From IMG/VR virus record IMGVR_UViG_3300031368_000001, positions 32,001-96,000 of that record: a stretch of DNA of 64,000 nucleotides; one strand, given 5' to 3'. The stretch is from a virus. This document shows, one piece after another, positions 62,673 to 64,000 of this stretch (the first letter of the stretch is position 1; every line of letters starts with the position of its first letter). Under the pieces are notes generated by a model, which saw only the letters and a list, made by a program, of their open reading frames with translations, was not told the DNA's origin and ran no database searches. The translations under genes were made by a program, and so were the position numbers.

Positions 62673-64000
62673 TTAATATTCTTCTAATCCAGCAAAAATT
62701 TCACGTTTTTTTCCAGTTGTTTGATATTCAATACTACTTTCAGCTGTTGACTGTAAAGCATCATTAGCGAGAGCGGTTGAAAATAAAAAGTCATCTTCAG
62801 CGCCTTCTTCTCCTGGTTTATGAACTGTCAGCAATTTTCCTTTTACTTCCTGTTCTGCATCAAGAAATTGTCTAATAAAATTTCTGGCTTCCGGACTCTC
62901 GTCATCAAAGTACTGAAATCTGGAAGGCACTGCTGTTATCTCTGTATGAAGATTTGTAAAAATCTTATCTTTGTAAGGTGCAGACATAAATTTATGGTGA
63001 ACCACATCATCTCCAAATTCTGCTGCTAATCTTGTTGTTAAAGGATCTCCAGAACCAGTTGACTCAGAGAAAATTGTTTGAATATTAGGATATTCATTTA
63101 AAAATGGAATTATATATTGAAACTGATAATCCCAATCGCCTTTAATCTCAAATAAATCTACAACAGCCGCAAGTTCTTGTTTACCTTCAAGTACAGTTAT
63201 CGTAGTTGCAGAAGTAACTTTACCCCAATCGACTCCAGCTACAAGTCGTCCACCATCAGAATTTCGCTTACCTGATCCTAGTTTTAGAAACTGAGCAAAG
63301 TCAATGAAATGTCCTTCTGCAATTAACCATTCAAGCAAATAATTCATCCTGAAGAATGGATTCTTTACTCCACCAGGCAGGCGATCAATCTCTGCGTCTA
63401 TATACGAAGCATAATCTTTCGAGTAGGGGATGACCCCAGTATAAGGAATTTCTTGATGGAGATGAGGGAATTTACGTTTATTGTAATCAATAGCAGTAAG
63501 GAAGGGACATTTCTTCCGTCCGGGTGTTCCGGTAAGGCTCAGAAGCCCATCAACGTGTGCAATCATTGGACTTAGTATCTTGTAGAGAGAGAAAGGACTC
63601 AGCAGACTTGCTTCGTCCACCAAAAGTATTTCAGCGCCTGGTCCTTCGTTAGCTGCTGTTTCAGAACCGCTAAAAGCAGTAGATGTCGAACCATTTGACA
63701 GTTCAAATTGAACTGAGTTTGAGGCGATTACCTGTAAATCTAACGAGTTAAGAATATCGGTAAATTTTTTTTGTCTAGCTTGTCTTCGCAGTCGAATAAA
63801 TGGAATTTTAGCTATACTTTCTTTCGGACCAGCAAAGGCTATATTTATCCCGTCTCTAAAAAGTTTTAGGCGTGGAAATTCTTTTGCCAGATAGGTCTTA
63901 GCAAGCTCAGGCAAAAGTGTCATTAGCGAAAGCATTGTGGCTTTAAGCATCTCGCTCTTCCCACTTTTTCTCGACCAAAGCGTTGACCATTGTCCGGGCT
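62673..64000 (-). CDS. terL: Terminase large subunit (5' end outside window)
   Basis: Walker A SRKSGKS near the window edge, LLVDEA, LTGTP, nuclease AGVDWG, EDDFLFSTALA. Confidence 0.9.
   Translation of the reverse strand, partial: PGQWSTLWSRKSGKSEMLKATMLSLMTLLPELAKTYLAKEFPRLKLFRDGINIAFAGPKESIAKIPFIRLRRQARQKKFTDILNSLDLQVIASNSVQFELSNGSTSTAFSGSETAANEGPGAEILLVDEASLLSPFSLYKILSPMIAHVDGLLSLTGTPGRKKCPFLTAIDYNKRKFPHLHQEIPYTGVIPYSKDYASYIDAEIDRLPGGVKNPFFRMNYLLEWLIAEGHFIDFAQFLKLGSGKRNSDGGRLVAGVDWGKVTSATTITVLEGKQELAAVVDLFEIKGDWDYQFQYIIPFLNEYPNIQTIFSESTGSGDPLTTRLAAEFGDDVVHHKFMSAPYKDKIFTNLHTEITAVPSRFQYFDDESPEARNFIRQFLDAEQEVKGKLLTVHKPGEEGAEDDFLFSTALANDALQSTAESSIEYQTTGKKREIFAGLEEY

Noticed and set aside
34589-63029. 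Plus-strand ORFs overlapping the late genes, and minus-strand ORFs in the left arm
   Set aside because: Antisense shadows of well-supported genes; no SD or motifs
1-64000. Integron integrase, cas genes or stop-codon recoding
   Set aside because: No tyrosine recombinase or Cas motifs recognised; long genes are intact in the standard code

Overview
This is a 64 kb segment of an AT-rich tailed dsDNA phage genome. The host is probably diderm, given a DUF481 beta-barrel and a GH108 endolysin. Layout: (1) 1-19 kb, + strand accessory arm of small ORFs with SSB, a beta-clamp-like protein and a DUF3150-like/AAA+/VWA triad; (2) ~19.2-20 kb, putative replication origin; (3) 20.3-22.9 kb, - strand Prim-Pol, VRR-NUC and GIY-YIG/HTH genes; (4) 23.1-33.9 kb, + strand SNF2 helicase and accessory genes; (5) 33.9-64 kb, - strand late-type region with terminase, DUF935 portal, intein-containing DNA ligase, a ~13 kb glycosyl-/methyltransferase cluster, a Gp157-NADAR-SLOG-ASCH polyvalent protein, a lysis cassette and a LigD-phosphoesterase/MuF-like fusion. 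The most notable signals are non-coding. First, there is an integron-type attC gene-cassette array (15.16-16.46 kb and 18.08-18.51 kb) with no integrase in the window; cassette ends are complementary, as expected after G/TT recombination. Second, two of these cassettes carry non-canonical tRNA-like RNAs instead of ORFs. Third, a solitary 37-bp CRISPR repeat (2393-2429) has its own antisense sigma70 promoter and converges on a terminator, making it an RNA anti-CRISPR (Racr) or regulatory crRNA candidate. All family assignments come from motif recognition by eye, not database searches.
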